Source: an uncultured Dehalococcoidia bacterium
GTDB taxonomy: Bacteria > Chloroflexota > Dehalococcoidia > Dehalococcoidales > Fen-1064
Direction of reading: 5' to 3'
NCBI GenBank assembly: GCA_903916765.1
Contig: CAIWXV010000106.1
Location: 1-43,743, forward strand
DNA length: 43,743 nucleotides
Shown: piece after piece, positions 15,521 to 25,800 of the stretch
Layout of the letters: each line of letters opens with the position of its first letter
How positions within the stretch are numbered: the stretch's first letter is position 1
The notes under the pieces: model-generated
What the model saw: only the letters and a program-made list of their open reading frames with translations
What the model was told of the DNA's origin: nothing
The model's database searches: none
Program-made: the position numbers and the translations under genes

Positions 15521-18199
15521 ATGTCAGACACACCTTTAACCGAACAGGAAATGCCGAAAGCCTACGATCCCAAAAACGTCGAGGGTAAATGGTATAAATT
15601 CTGGCTGGAGCGGGAATATTTCAAACCTGTCATAAATCCTAAGAAGAAACCTTTTACTATCATTATGCCCCCGCCGAATGTGACCGGCGAATTACATATG
15701 GGTCACGCTCTGACCGCCGCCCTGGAAGACATTATGATACGGTGGCACAGAATGAAAGGCGACCCTTCTTTATGGTTGCCGGGTGTCGACCATGCCAGCA
15801 TTGCTGCTCAGGTAGTCGTCGAAAGAATGCTTGCCAAAGAAGGCACGAACCGTTATCAGATTGGACGCGAAAAGTTTCTGGAACGAATGTGGCAATGGAC
15901 AGATGAATGCCGCAGTAGAATCGGACAACAACACCGCCGACTGGGAACTTCCTGCGACTGGGCACGCGAGAAATTCACTTTAGACCCCGGTCCTTCGCTG
16001 GCAGTCCGCACTACCTTCGTCAATCTCTACAATAAAAAACTCATTTACCGAGGCGAACGCATCACCAACTGGTGTCCGCGTTGCGCTACCGCCCTTTCCG
16101 ACCTCGAAGTCGACCATAAGGATTTGAACGGGCACCTGTGGCACATCAAATATCCCCTGGCTGACAGCGATAGTTATCTCATTGTCGCCACAACACGACC
16201 GGAAACAATGCTCGGCGATACCGCCGTCGCTGTTAATCCCGAAGATGAACGCTATACTGCCATAGTGGGTAAAGAAGTGATGTTGCCCATTATGAACCGG
16301 CTTATTCCCGTCGTTGCCGATGCCATCGTGGATAAAGCCTTCGGCACCGGCGCCGTCAAAGTCACACCGGCACACGACCCGGTGGACTTCGAGATTGCCC
16401 AACGACACAAGTTGGCACTCATCAATATCCTGAACAAAGACGCCACGATGAATGAAAATGCCGGGCAATGTAAAGGTATGGACCGATTCGCCTGCCGTAA
16501 ATGGGTAGTGGAAGAACTACAAAGGCTGGGATTATTAATCAAAATCGAGGATTACAGCCATGCGGTAGGTCATTGTCAACGTTGCGCTACCGTCATTGAG
16601 CCGATGGCAAGCACACAGTGGTTTGTCCATATGGAGCCGCTGGCAAAACCGGCAATCAAAGTGGTCAAAAACGGCCACATCAAGATTATGCCGGAGCACT
16701 TCACCAAGGTTTACCTAAACTGGATGGAAAATATCCGTGATTGGTGCATTTCCCGCCAATTATGGTGGGGACACCGCATTCCGGCATGGTATTGCAAAGA
16801 CTGCGGCGAGACGATTGTTGCTGTCGAAACACCGCAAAAATGTCCCAAATGCCATTCGGTAAAGCTGGAGCAGGACCCTGATGTTCTGGATACATGGTTT
16901 TCATCCGGTCTCTGGCCCCATTCCACGCTCGGCTGGCCTCATGATACGGAAGATATGCGCTACTTCTACCCTACCAACGTGATGGAGACAGCTTACGATA
17001 TCCTGTTCTTCTGGGTCGCCCGAATGATTATGATGGGCATCGAGAACACCGGTGAAATCCCCTTCAAATACATTTATTTACACGGGCTTATCCGCGACGA
17101 AAAAGGCGATAAGATGAGCAAGACGAAAGGGAATGTCACCGACCCTCTGAAAGTCATCGAGCAAATCGGCGCCGATGCTCTGCGCTATGCAGTCATTATC
17201 GGCAATGCCCCAGGTAATGATAGTAAAATGTCGCCTGTGAAGTTGGAGGCGGGTAGGAACTTCGCCAACAAGCTCTGGAATGCCACGCGCTTTGTAATCA
17301 GAAGTATCCCTGAAGATAAGGTTAATCTTAAAATTCAGCGGGACTCCCTTCCGGCGGAGGACCAATGGATACTGAGTCGGCTTAACCGCACCATCGAGAG
17401 CGTCAATAAAGCAATGACAAACTTCCAATTCGGGGATGCATTAAGCACGATTTATGACTTCCTCTGGAACGAATACTGCGACTGGTACATCGAACTGGCA
17501 AAAATACGCCTTAATTCAGAATCTAAAGACACTGTATCACCTCTGCCGGTGCTGGTCTATGTCCTGGAGACAGCATTACGATTGCTCCATCCTTACATGC
17601 CATTCGTCACAGAAGAATTATGGCAGAACCTCAAACACCGTCTGCCAGATAAATGGCAGAAAACAGACTCGATTATGGTTGCCAAATATCCTAAAACCGA
17701 TAAAAAAGCGATTGATGCCAAAGCAGAAAGAGTTATCGAGGCAATGATCGATATGACCCGCGCCATCCGCAATATCCGTGCAGAGAATAAGGTGGAGGTA
17801 AACAAGTGGATTGCCGTCGACGTTTATACAGGGCAACTGACTTCAGCACTGATTCCCTATTCTTCTGCCATCCAGACGTTGGCAAAAATAAAACCGCTCG
17901 ATTTCAAGAACAGTCGCTTATCCGGTACAATGAACGAGAAATTTGCAGTGGCAGTTCTCAGGGATTCGGATGTAGTTGTGCCGATGGCAAGTATGATTGA
18001 CCTCGCCGTCGAAAAAGAAAGAATCCAGAAAGAGCTGGTACAGATGGAAGCCGATATAAACCGTCTAGAGGCACGCCTTAAAGACGAGGCTTTCCTGAGT
18101 AAAGCTCCCCAGGCAGTAGTCGCCAAAGAAAAAGAACGGCTGGTAGAAAGAAAAAAACACATTGCCCGGTTGAAACAACAGATTGGGGAAAGAGGCTAG
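15521..18199 (+). CDS. valS: Valine--tRNA ligase
   Basis: HIGH-type motif PNVTGELHMGHAL, KMSKT motif, CP1 editing domain and C-terminal coiled coil. The ATG at 15521 is preferred (SD GAGGGAG 7 nt upstream); the ATG at 15515 is an alternative. Confidence 0.95.
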   Translation: MSDTPLTEQEMPKAYDPKNVEGKWYKFWLEREYFKPVINPKKKPFTIIMPPPNVTGELHMGHALTAALEDIMIRWHRMKGDPSLWLPGVDHASIAAQVVVERMLAKEGTNRYQIGREKFLERMWQWTDECRSRIGQQHRRLGTSCDWAREKFTLDPGPSLAVRTTFVNLYNKKLIYRGERITNWCPRCATALSDLEVDHKDLNGHLWHIKYPLADSDSYLIVATTRPETMLGDTAVAVNPEDERYTAIVGKEVMLPIMNRLIPVVADAIVDKAFGTGAVKVTPAHDPVDFEIAQRHKLALINILNKDATMNENAGQCKGMDRFACRKWVVEELQRLGLLIKIEDYSHAVGHCQRCATVIEPMASTQWFVHMEPLAKPAIKVVKNGHIKIMPEHFTKVYLNWMENIRDWCISRQLWWGHRIPAWYCKDCGETIVAVETPQKCPKCHSVKLEQDPDVLDTWFSSGLWPHSTLGWPHDTEDMRYFYPTNVMETAYDILFFWVARMIMMGIENTGEIPFKYIYLHGLIRDEKGDKMSKTKGNVTDPLKVIEQIGADALRYAVIIGNAPGNDSKMSPVKLEAGRNFANKLWNATRFVIRSIPEDKVNLKIQRDSLPAEDQWILSRLNRTIESVNKAMTNFQFGDALSTIYDFLWNEYCDWYIELAKIRLNSESKDTVSPLPVLVYVLETALRLLHPYMPFVTEELWQNLKHRLPDKWQKTDSIMVAKYPKTDKKAIDAKAERVIEAMIDMTRAIRNIRAENKVEVNKWIAVDVYTGQLTSALIPYSSAIQTLAKIKPLDFKNSRLSGTMNEKFAVAVLRDSDVVVPMASMIDLAVEKERIQKELVQMEADINRLEARLKDEAFLSKAPQAVVAKEKERLVERKKHIARLKQQIGERG

Positions 18200-18211
18200 A
18201 TAAAAGGAAAG

Positions 18212-18946
18212 CTATTTCTTTCTCTCAGTGATTGTCTTGGTGATAATAATACTGTCCGGATAACCACAACGATTCAACCAGTCGAGGGCTTTCTTGGTAT
18301 CGCTGGCAACCCGTGATTTGTCGCAATTCTGGACGCGGTATTTGAAAAGCCAATAAGTAAATTCTTTCAATTCACTGAGGCTGATGGATTTGAGACGGCG
18401 GTAATGTTTTTCTCTGCGGAACTTCTCCAGTAACTCCGGTTGAGTCGCATCGTAAATCCGCTGAAAAGCCTCGGCAGTAGTATCCTCTTCTTTCATCAAT
18501 CCCGCAGTCAGACGTTCTTTGCGCACTTCTTCTTTCACCGACAGTAAAAGAGCCTCTTCCACGGTTATGCCGTAAAAGTAATTCAAGTACTGACGGTACT
18601 TTGTAGAGCCGAGCAACGCCTGGAACTTTTCTTTTGTTATATCAAGCGGCGGCTTGCCCTTCAGCAGAAAATCCGATTTTTCTTTCTCAGGAAGTAAGCT
18701 ATCAACTGCCTCGCAAAGTCGCTCCGCCACTAACTGCCAGTCGAAAGCAGAGCCAGCGATCAGATATGTATAATGGCGACTCTGGTAGGTTTCCTCGGGA
18801 GAACCCCATTTGCCGACAGCTTCCAATAAAGACAGATACCAGTGTTTGCCTGAAGCAATCGAACCCCGGAGATGGCGGATGGCTTCATCATCCAGAGAGG
18901 TCAATTGCGAAGATATTTCTTTATCATGAGCATGGGGTTTGCCCAT
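18212..18946 (-). CDS. Hypothetical protein (244 aa), no family recognised
   Basis: Long ORF with SD GGAGAG. It overlaps the upstream HhH gene by 23 nt and is the last gene of the prs-secA transcription unit. Confidence 0.65.
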   Translation of the reverse strand: MGKPHAHDKEISSQLTSLDDEAIRHLRGSIASGKHWYLSLLEAVGKWGSPEETYQSRHYTYLIAGSAFDWQLVAERLCEAVDSLLPEKEKSDFLLKGKPPLDITKEKFQALLGSTKYRQYLNYFYGITVEEALLLSVKEEVRKERLTAGLMKEEDTTAEAFQRIYDATQPELLEKFRREKHYRRLKSISLSELKEFTYWLFKYRVQNCDKSRVASDTKKALDWLNRCGYPDSIIITKTITERKK

Positions 18947-19217
18947 TTGTAGTCTCTCCGATTTCCACTTTCAATTTTTCGTAGAACTGGAGCCTCCCGG
19001 TATCGAGCATCTCGTTAATTTTCTTTTCTATGGCATCTCCGACACCGGAGATTTCTCTCAATCTGCCTTCAGATGCAAGTTGAGATAGCTCCACGGGAAA
19101 TTTCTCGATTTCATCCGCCACTTTCCGGTATGCCCGAATCTTGAACCAGCTTTCTTTCTTCTTTTCCAGCAAGCGGGCAATATCACGGAATATTGCAGCG
19201 ATTTGCTGATTGGTCAT
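18924..19217 (-). CDS. Stand-alone helix-hairpin-helix protein resembling the N-terminal 8-kDa domain of family X DNA polymerases
   Basis: MTNQQIAAIFRDIARLLEKKKESWFKIRAYRKVADEIEKFPVELSQLASEGRLREISGVGDAIEKKINEMLDTGRLQFYEKL matches the PolX N-terminal pattern. The start lies 4 nt after the secA stop. Confidence 0.7.
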   Translation of the reverse strand: MTNQQIAAIFRDIARLLEKKKESWFKIRAYRKVADEIEKFPVELSQLASEGRLREISGVGDAIEKKINEMLDTGRLQFYEKLKVEIGETTNGQTPCS

Positions 19218-19220
19218 AAA

Positions 19221-22103
19221 CTATTTTCCGCAGCAGTGCTTATACTTTTTGCCACTGCCGCAAGGACAAGGGTCGTTCCTGCCTACTTTCTTACCCTCTA
19301 CCTTCTCCGTCGGTTTCACGCTATCACCGGCACGACTGGCATTGGCAACCTGCGCCATCGGGGAAGCGGTCTGTTTGGGAGGCGGTCCTTTGGTGATATT
19401 GAGATTGAAGATATTATGCACCAGGTCATGGCGAATACCCACCATCATTCCCTCAAAAAGTTCATGCCCTTTACGTTTGTAAAGGGGCAGCGGGTCTTGA
19501 CCTATTGCTTGCAAACCTATTCCCTGCCGCATATTGTCCATACTCGTCAAATGGTCAACCCAATAATTATCAGTGACGCGCAACATCAAGAGGCGTTCCA
19601 GCATCCTTGTGCTATCGGCACCAAGTTCGCTTTCTCTTTTCTCGTAGAGAGACTCGGCTTGTTCCAACAACCGGTCTTCGATTTCATTAGGTTTCAGCTC
19701 TGCCAGAGATTCCTCACTGAACTCTTTTGGCAGAGGCATAATTGTTTTAACGTCAGTAACGAATTGGCTCAAATTACTATCGCCGGATTCCCCGGTATGA
19801 GATGCGATGATATCTGCCATCTCTTCTTTAATCATTGAAAAGATGTTTGCCCTGAGGTCAGCGCCGCTCAAGATTTTACGTCGTTCACCGTAAATGATTT
19901 CCCGCTGGTTATTAACTACATCATCATAATCAACCAGATGTTTACGAACGTCAAAGTGATAACCTTCGACTCTAATCTGAGCGCCCTCGATTGCCTTATT
20001 GACTATAGAGTTCTCAATCGGAACATCTTCGCCGATGCCAGCCCATTCCATAAACTTTCCGACACGGTCGCCGCCAAAACGTCGCATAATATCATCTTCC
20101 AGCGAAACATAGAATCGGGTACTGCCTGGATCGCCCTGACGCCCTGCCCTACCTCTCAACTGGTTATCGATACGCCGCGCCTCATGCCGTTCTGTGCCGA
20201 TGATATGCAAGCCGCCTTTGGCGATAACCTCATTGTGCTCTTGCTGCCATTCTTCGGGATTCCTACCGTCAGGCTTACCCCCTAGGACGATATCCACACC
20301 TCTGCCTGCCATATTGGTCGCTACTGTCACAACACCTATTCTACCTGCTTGAGCAACAATATTAGCTTCCTTCTCTTGCTGTGCTTGCTTCGCATTCAAT
20401 ACCTGATGAGGAATACCTTTCCGCTTCATCCTTTCGCTCAAATCTTCAGACTTTTCCACCGAGACCGTACCGATCAAAATCGGACGACCTTCTTTATGAA
20501 GTTCCTCGACCTCATTGACCACCTGATTGAATTTTGCATCCTCGTTCTTATATATTTTATCGGTGAAATCTTGACGCGCTGTCGGCTGATTAGTAGGAAT
20601 AATCACTACCTCAAGCTTATAAATCTTGTGGAACTCTTCCGCCTCTGTAACGGCCGTGCCCGTCATGCCTGCCAGCTTCTGGTACATACGGAAATAGTTC
20701 TGGAAAGTGACGGTAGCATATGTTCTGGATTCTTCTTCAATATGCACCCGCTCCCCATTTGCCACCTCTTTGGCTTCGATGGCTTGATGTAAACCATCGG
20801 AATACCGCCGACCATGCATCATCCGTCCGGTAAATTCATCGACAATGACTACCTTGCCATTGTTAACGACATATTCCTTATTCTTCTTAAAAAGGTTATG
20901 AGCGGTAATTGCCTGTCGGATATAGTGTTCCCACTTCGATTGGAATTCGTGCAGGCTCTCAATATTGAGTTTGTTTTGAGCTTTATCCACTCCTTCAGCT
21001 GTTAGCATGACGGAATGATTTTTGTCGTTGATTAAATAATCCAATCCTTCTTCCAGGTCAATACCTTTCTGCTTTGCCTCACTTTCTTCGAGGTCAGTAA
21101 CAATTTTACCCGTCAGTTGTCGGGCAACTTTATCGACAATACTGTATTTCTTCAGAGCGCCTTCTTCCGCAGGTCCACTAATGATAAGCGGTGTGCGCGC
21201 CTCATCGATGAGGATATTATCCACTTCATCCACGATGGCATAATTCAAATCACGCTGAACACACTGGTTTAGGTCGATGACCATATTATCCCGCAGATAG
21301 TCGAAGCCAAACTCATTATTGGTGCCGTAGGTGATATCTGCCTGATAGGCTTCTTTGCGCGCGACAGGTCTGAAGTGACGCCACGGATCGTCTTCCTTAC
21401 CGCTATCATAACCGGGGTCATAGATGAAGGAAACCCCACTCTGTGCGCCAGTGGTTTGCTGACCCTGGATACTCGATACGCTCGCACCTAAAGCATGATA
21501 GATAGGGCCCATCCAGTAAGGGTCACGCTTGGAGAGATAATCATTGACCGTAACCAGATGCACACCTTTGCCGGTCAGTGAATTCAGATAAAGAGGAAGC
21601 GTTGCTACCAGCGTCTTACCTTCACCGGTCTTCATTTCGGCAATTCTCCCTTGATGAAGAACGATGCCGCCCATCAGCTGGACATCGAAGTGACGCTGTT
21701 TAATAGTGCGTTTTGCCGCCTCACGAACCGCCGCAAAAACTTCCGGGAGAAGTTCATTCAAAGCTTCATTTTGTGCTTTTTGTAGTTCTTTCTCAAACTG
21801 CTCCAACTTCTCTTGCAATTGCTTATTGGTTGCAGTCTCATTTTCCTTCGTGTACTCATCCGGTGCTGATGCTAACCGTGTTCTGGCTTCTTGCAACTCC
21901 TGCCGAGTTGTGTCCACTTCCCGTTGAATATCAACCGCAGCTTTAGTTAATCTATCTTTAAACTCTTCTGTTTTGGCTTTTAGTTGCTCGTCGGAGAGCT
22001 TTTCAAATTCAGGTTCAAGAGAGGTTATCCTATCTACGGTAGGTCGAACTTTTTTCAGTTGTTTTTCATTGGAATCGACTAAATTACCAAGCCATTTAAT
22101 CAT
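19221..22103 (-). CDS. secA: Preprotein translocase ATPase SecA
   Basis: Walker A MKTGEGKTL, DEVDNILIDEARTPLIISG, C-terminal zinc-binding tail CPCGSGKKYKHCCGK. 960 aa. Confidence 0.97.
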   Translation of the reverse strand: MIKWLGNLVDSNEKQLKKVRPTVDRITSLEPEFEKLSDEQLKAKTEEFKDRLTKAAVDIQREVDTTRQELQEARTRLASAPDEYTKENETATNKQLQEKLEQFEKELQKAQNEALNELLPEVFAAVREAAKRTIKQRHFDVQLMGGIVLHQGRIAEMKTGEGKTLVATLPLYLNSLTGKGVHLVTVNDYLSKRDPYWMGPIYHALGASVSSIQGQQTTGAQSGVSFIYDPGYDSGKEDDPWRHFRPVARKEAYQADITYGTNNEFGFDYLRDNMVIDLNQCVQRDLNYAIVDEVDNILIDEARTPLIISGPAEEGALKKYSIVDKVARQLTGKIVTDLEESEAKQKGIDLEEGLDYLINDKNHSVMLTAEGVDKAQNKLNIESLHEFQSKWEHYIRQAITAHNLFKKNKEYVVNNGKVVIVDEFTGRMMHGRRYSDGLHQAIEAKEVANGERVHIEEESRTYATVTFQNYFRMYQKLAGMTGTAVTEAEEFHKIYKLEVVIIPTNQPTARQDFTDKIYKNEDAKFNQVVNEVEELHKEGRPILIGTVSVEKSEDLSERMKRKGIPHQVLNAKQAQQEKEANIVAQAGRIGVVTVATNMAGRGVDIVLGGKPDGRNPEEWQQEHNEVIAKGGLHIIGTERHEARRIDNQLRGRAGRQGDPGSTRFYVSLEDDIMRRFGGDRVGKFMEWAGIGEDVPIENSIVNKAIEGAQIRVEGYHFDVRKHLVDYDDVVNNQREIIYGERRKILSGADLRANIFSMIKEEMADIIASHTGESGDSNLSQFVTDVKTIMPLPKEFSEESLAELKPNEIEDRLLEQAESLYEKRESELGADSTRMLERLLMLRVTDNYWVDHLTSMDNMRQGIGLQAIGQDPLPLYKRKGHELFEGMMVGIRHDLVHNIFNLNITKGPPPKQTASPMAQVANASRAGDSVKPTEKVEGKKVGRNDPCPCGSGKKYKHCCGK

Positions 22104-22326
22104 GATTTTTCCCTCGAATTAACTCTCGTGCTTCTTCGGCGTCCTTCTCCCAGACCATAACCTTCACTTCACCCATACCATCCACCGTGAAGACATAAAC
22201 AGAAGGAGATGACGATGGTTTCAGTAAACAGGAGATGCCGTTGCTTTCCAGTAAACCTTTGATGATTTGTGCTTCGGTTTCCCCTCTTGCAACATAGACT
22301 GCTACCAGTTTATTACTCTGGCTCAA
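22096..22326 (-). CDS. Small protein, DUF2007-like (putative signal-transducing fold)
   Basis: 76 aa with a TTG start preceded by AGGAG at 6 nt. It overlaps the prs stop and the secA start, and its sequence pattern (VAVYVARGETEAQIIKGLLESNGI...) resembles DUF2007 proteins. Confidence 0.55.
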   Translation of the reverse strand: MSQSNKLVAVYVARGETEAQIIKGLLESNGISCLLKPSSSPSVYVFTVDGMGEVKVMVWEKDAEEARELIRGKNHD

Positions 22327-23257
22327 ACATCGCTCCTATGGACAATCCGGTATGAATGCGGTGGATTGCTTCACCCAATAGCGGGGCCGTCGGTAAAACT
22401 ATAATTTTATTCAGTTTCTTTTCAGGCAGAACAGGGATAGTATCCGCCACCACCACCTGTTTCACCGGGCATATGTCGATGCGTTCAATTGCTTTATTAG
22501 AAAAAACAGGATGCACAGCACAGGAATACACTTCCTTCGCACCGTGTGCTATTATGGTGTTAACCGTATTCACCAGAGAGCCTGCGGTATCGATTTCATC
22601 ATCGAAGGTGATGGCGGTTTTACCCCTAACATCACCGATGACATTCAATACCTCACTGTTACCATCATTACTAAGACGTCTTTTTTCCATAATCGCCAGC
22701 GGAGCATTAAGCCTTGCCGCAAAGTCACGCGCCCGTTTGGAAATACCGATATCGGTAGCAACCACGACTAAATCTTCTATCTTCTTCTGCTTGAAATAGT
22801 CACTCAGCAGATAAAGTGCTGTCAGCTCATCTACCGGAATATTGAAAAACCCCTGAATCTGGGCGGCATGAAAGTCGACTGCCAGCAAACGATTGGCACC
22901 CGCTACCGTTAACAGGTCGGCAATCAAGCGGGCAGTGATAGGCACGCGGGGCTGGTCTTTTTTATCCGTACGTCCGTACGCATAGTAAGGGATGACGGCC
23001 GTAATTCTCTTGGCGGAAGCCCGTTTCAGAGCATCGAGCATAATAAGTAATTCAACCAGACTTTTGTTAACCGGATGCGAGATTGGCTGAACCACGAAAA
23101 CATCCCTCTCGCGAACGTTTTCCATAATACGAACAAAGATGTTTTCATTACTAAAATCAAACACTTCTGCACGCCCCAGAGGAATATCAAGATAATCAGC
23201 AATTTCTTTTGCCAGAGCAGGATGAGCATTGCCCGTAAATATCTTCAGATCGTCCAT
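22313..23257 (-). CDS. prs: Ribose-phosphate pyrophosphokinase
   Basis: DFHAAQIQGFF, PRPP-binding loop VDDEIDTAGS-like (FDDEIDTAGSL). 314 aa. Confidence 0.95.
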   Translation of the reverse strand: MDDLKIFTGNAHPALAKEIADYLDIPLGRAEVFDFSNENIFVRIMENVRERDVFVVQPISHPVNKSLVELLIMLDALKRASAKRITAVIPYYAYGRTDKKDQPRVPITARLIADLLTVAGANRLLAVDFHAAQIQGFFNIPVDELTALYLLSDYFKQKKIEDLVVVATDIGISKRARDFAARLNAPLAIMEKRRLSNDGNSEVLNVIGDVRGKTAITFDDEIDTAGSLVNTVNTIIAHGAKEVYSCAVHPVFSNKAIERIDICPVKQVVVADTIPVLPEKKLNKIIVLPTAPLLGEAIHRIHTGLSIGAMFEPE

Positions 23258-23330
23258 AATACTCCTTCAATCAGCGCTATCCCAAGCTATTACATTATAC
23301 CACCACCACAAAACAACCTCATCTCCATAC

Positions 23331-23367
23331 ACAATAAAAACTGGCCGGTGTAAACACCAGCCAGTTT
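23331..23367 (-). terminator. Rho-independent terminator downstream of glyA
   Basis: Minus strand: ACTGGCTGGTG-ttta-CACCGGCCAGT (one G-U pair) followed by TTTTTATTGT. Confidence 0.75.
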
Positions 23368-23397
23368 AATTATCCCACGATGCTATTAATGAAATCG

Positions 23398-24642
23398 TTA
23401 ATCATCTATACCGGGAATAGGGAACTTGTGACACCATTGACTGACTTCGCCCTGCGCCTGGTCCTCGACAACTTTATCACCAAGGTGAGTAAGCACCTTG
23501 AAAATCAAATTCGCACATAGTTTCATCTCTGTTGCGGTAAAGCCACGAGTAGTCATCGCCGGTGTGCCAAGTCTGACACCACTGGTTATCCAATTAGAAC
23601 GAAGGTCAAAGGGAATAGAATTCCTGTTAACCACAATACCTACACGTTCCAGAGCTTCCTGTGCCTCTTTACCGGTAACCTTGATTGGCGTCAGGTCAAC
23701 CAGAACGATGTGATTATCCGTTCCTCCCGTAACCAGCCGCAGACCGAGTCTTTGGAGTTCTGCTGCCAACGCCTGTGCATTAGCCAATATATTACGCTGG
23801 TAATCCAAGAAAGACGGCTGCAATGCCTCATGAAAAGAGACTGCCCGGGCAGCGATGGCATGTACCAAGGGACCACCCTGCATCCGGGGGAAAACAGCCG
23901 AATCAATCGCCTGTGAGTACTCCTGACGGCATAAAATAAAAGCACCCCTGGGTCCTCTCAAAGTCTTATGCGTGGTCGAAGTAACGATATCAGCATAAGG
24001 CACCGGTGTAGGATGCAAACCCACTGCAATCAAACCGGCAATATGTGCCATATCAACCATCAGTTTTGCACCGACCATATCGGCAATCTGACGGAAACGT
24101 TCAAAGTCAATTATTCTGGGATAAGAACTGGCACCAACTACAATCAGCTTGGGTTTATGTTCCAGAGCTAATCTCTCTACTTCCTGATAGTCGATACGCT
24201 CCGTTTCTTTATCCACGCCGTACTGTACAACATTATATGTCCTACCCGAGAAACTGATTTTATCGCCATGGGTCATATGTCCGCCGTGCGCCAGTTTCAT
24301 ACCCATAATCGTATCGCCATACTGCAACATAGCTAAATAGACCGCCATGTTTGCCGGAGCGCCGGCGTGGGGTTGCACATTAGCATGATCAGCATGAAAA
24401 AGTTGTTTCACACGATCGATGGCCAGGGTCTCAATCACATCGACATTTTCACAACCACCATAATGCCGATGATGCGGATAACCCTCGGCATATTTATCTG
24501 TAAGAAATGAACCCAAAGCCTCCAGCACAGCACGGCTGGTATAATTCTCTGAGGCAATCAAATTGATAGTCGATTGCTGGCGTTTTCTCTCTAGCTCAAT
24601 AGCACGGTAAATTTCAGGGTCAACCTGACGCAAAGAACTCAT
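23398..24642 (-). CDS. glyA: Serine hydroxymethyltransferase
   Basis: PLP-lysine motif [11 protein letters not shown] with full-length similarity to GlyA. 414 aa. Confidence 0.97.
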   Translation of the reverse strand: MSSLRQVDPEIYRAIELERKRQQSTINLIASENYTSRAVLEALGSFLTDKYAEGYPHHRHYGGCENVDVIETLAIDRVKQLFHADHANVQPHAGAPANMAVYLAMLQYGDTIMGMKLAHGGHMTHGDKISFSGRTYNVVQYGVDKETERIDYQEVERLALEHKPKLIVVGASSYPRIIDFERFRQIADMVGAKLMVDMAHIAGLIAVGLHPTPVPYADIVTSTTHKTLRGPRGAFILCRQEYSQAIDSAVFPRMQGGPLVHAIAARAVSFHEALQPSFLDYQRNILANAQALAAELQRLGLRLVTGGTDNHIVLVDLTPIKVTGKEAQEALERVGIVVNRNSIPFDLRSNWITSGVRLGTPAMTTRGFTATEMKLCANLIFKVLTHLGDKVVEDQAQGEVSQWCHKFPIPGIDD

Positions 24643-24808
24643 CTTTTACCCCCTATCTAATGAAAGTCTAGCAGAGTAAGGGGAGTATGGTCAATTAAGT
24701 TAATTGGTTCAGTAGATCCCGTACACTTTCTCATTTATTAGATAATTGAATCCTGCTGAGCAATCATGGCAAAACACCAATATTTAATATCTAAAATGGC
24801 TCCTGTAA

Positions 24809-24837
24809 TTGACTTGATTTCACTGTCGTGTTATCAT
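24809..24837 (+). promoter_or_regulatory. Putative promoter of the uracil-DNA glycosylase gene
   Basis: TTGACT (24809-24814), 17 nt, TATCAT (24832-24837). Confidence 0.45.
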
Positions 24838-24884
24838 AATCAAGAATCGATTTCAAAATTTTGAATACAGGTCGCCAAGACAAG

Positions 24885-25499
24885 ATGTCAGCATTGACTG
24901 ACCTTTATCAAGAAATTTCTCTCTGCCGACAGTGCGAAATTGCTAAAACCCGAACCAGAGTAGTTCCCGGTGAGGGTGCAGAGAATGCTGATATATTGTT
25001 CATCGGAGAAGCTCCAGGCTGGCATGAAGACCAGCAGGGACGTCCTTTCGTCGGTCCGTCAGGTCAATTTCTGGACAGTTTGTTATCTTCGATAAACCTC
25101 AAACGACCGCAGGTTTATATTGCCAATGTCATTAAATGTCGGCCGCCGGGGAACCGGGACCCTCTGCCTATTGAAATCACCAATTGCCAGAAGTGGCTCG
25201 ATCGTCAAATTGCAATACTTTCCCCCAAAATAATCGTTACTCTGGGGCGTTATTCGATGGCAAAATTCTTCCCGGGTAAAAGTATCAGTAAAATACACGG
25301 GACTGCTCAAACGCAAAACGGTATTACCTATTTTGCAATGTATCATCCTGCAGCAGCACTCCATCAAGGTAATTTACGTCAAGTTATCGAGCAAGATATG
25401 CTTAAACTCCCCCCATTACTGACACAGGCAAAGGCAAAGATGATAAAGGAACCCGAACCAAAATCAGAACCTCAACCAGAACAACTGGGCATGTTTTAA
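24885..25499 (+). CDS. Uracil-DNA glycosylase, family 4
   Basis: GEAPG motif ([19 protein letters not shown]), HPAAAL motif and conserved Cys residues (CRQCEI...). The ATG at 24885 is preferred over the TTG at 24861. Confidence 0.85.
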   Translation: MSALTDLYQEISLCRQCEIAKTRTRVVPGEGAENADILFIGEAPGWHEDQQGRPFVGPSGQFLDSLLSSINLKRPQVYIANVIKCRPPGNRDPLPIEITNCQKWLDRQIAILSPKIIVTLGRYSMAKFFPGKSISKIHGTAQTQNGITYFAMYHPAAALHQGNLRQVIEQDMLKLPPLLTQAKAKMIKEPEPKSEPQPEQLGMF

Positions 25500-25523
25500 T
25501 AACCCCAAAAATAGGAGACTGGA

Positions 25524-25790
25524 ATGCCCGATAGAGAACTAATTTCTCTCGACCAAGTCCAGATGGCGGCAGAACGTTTTCTGGAAGAGCGATTGAAAGG
25601 CATAAAAAAAATTTCCGTAGATAAGGTAAAACTTGCTTCCATCGAAGGTATTCTCATCTATGATGTGGCAGGTTCCGCTACGATTGGAACGGGATTTATC
25701 AGCAAAAAGACCCGGTTACCATTCAAAATTCAAATATCGGCAATCGACGGAACAGTCGTCGGTTATGAAACGCAAACTATTGATTCATAG
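25524..25790 (+). CDS. Hypothetical small protein (88 aa)
   Basis: SD TAGGAG 6 nt upstream. It lies directly upstream of the RNase J gene, and no family was recognised. Confidence 0.55.
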   Translation: MPDRELISLDQVQMAAERFLEERLKGIKKISVDKVKLASIEGILIYDVAGSATIGTGFISKKTRLPFKIQISAIDGTVVGYETQTIDS

Positions 25791-25800
25791 GATACGAAAA

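Noticed and set aside
18924-18946. Possible frameshifted fusion of the HhH protein and the 244-aa protein
   Set aside because: The second ORF has its own SD (GGAGAG) and ATG, and its sequence does not continue the PolX-like similarity. A 23-nt overlap is compatible with translational coupling.
19203-19838. 211-aa plus-strand ORF
   Set aside because: It lies entirely antisense to the strongly supported secA gene. The same reasoning applies to the other antisense ORFs inside secA (19938-20285, 20349-20792).
24852-24865. Perfect 14-bp palindrome TTCAAAATTTTGAA in the UDG 5' leader
   Set aside because: It is a very AT-rich short palindrome in an AT-rich intergenic region, so chance occurrence is likely and there is no regulator nearby.
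25633-25800. N-terminal 56-codon extension of RNase J in the ORF track
   Set aside because: The extension overlaps the preceding 88-aa gene in another frame and has no similarity to RNase J. Homologs start at MAKSKLKIIPLGG (25801).
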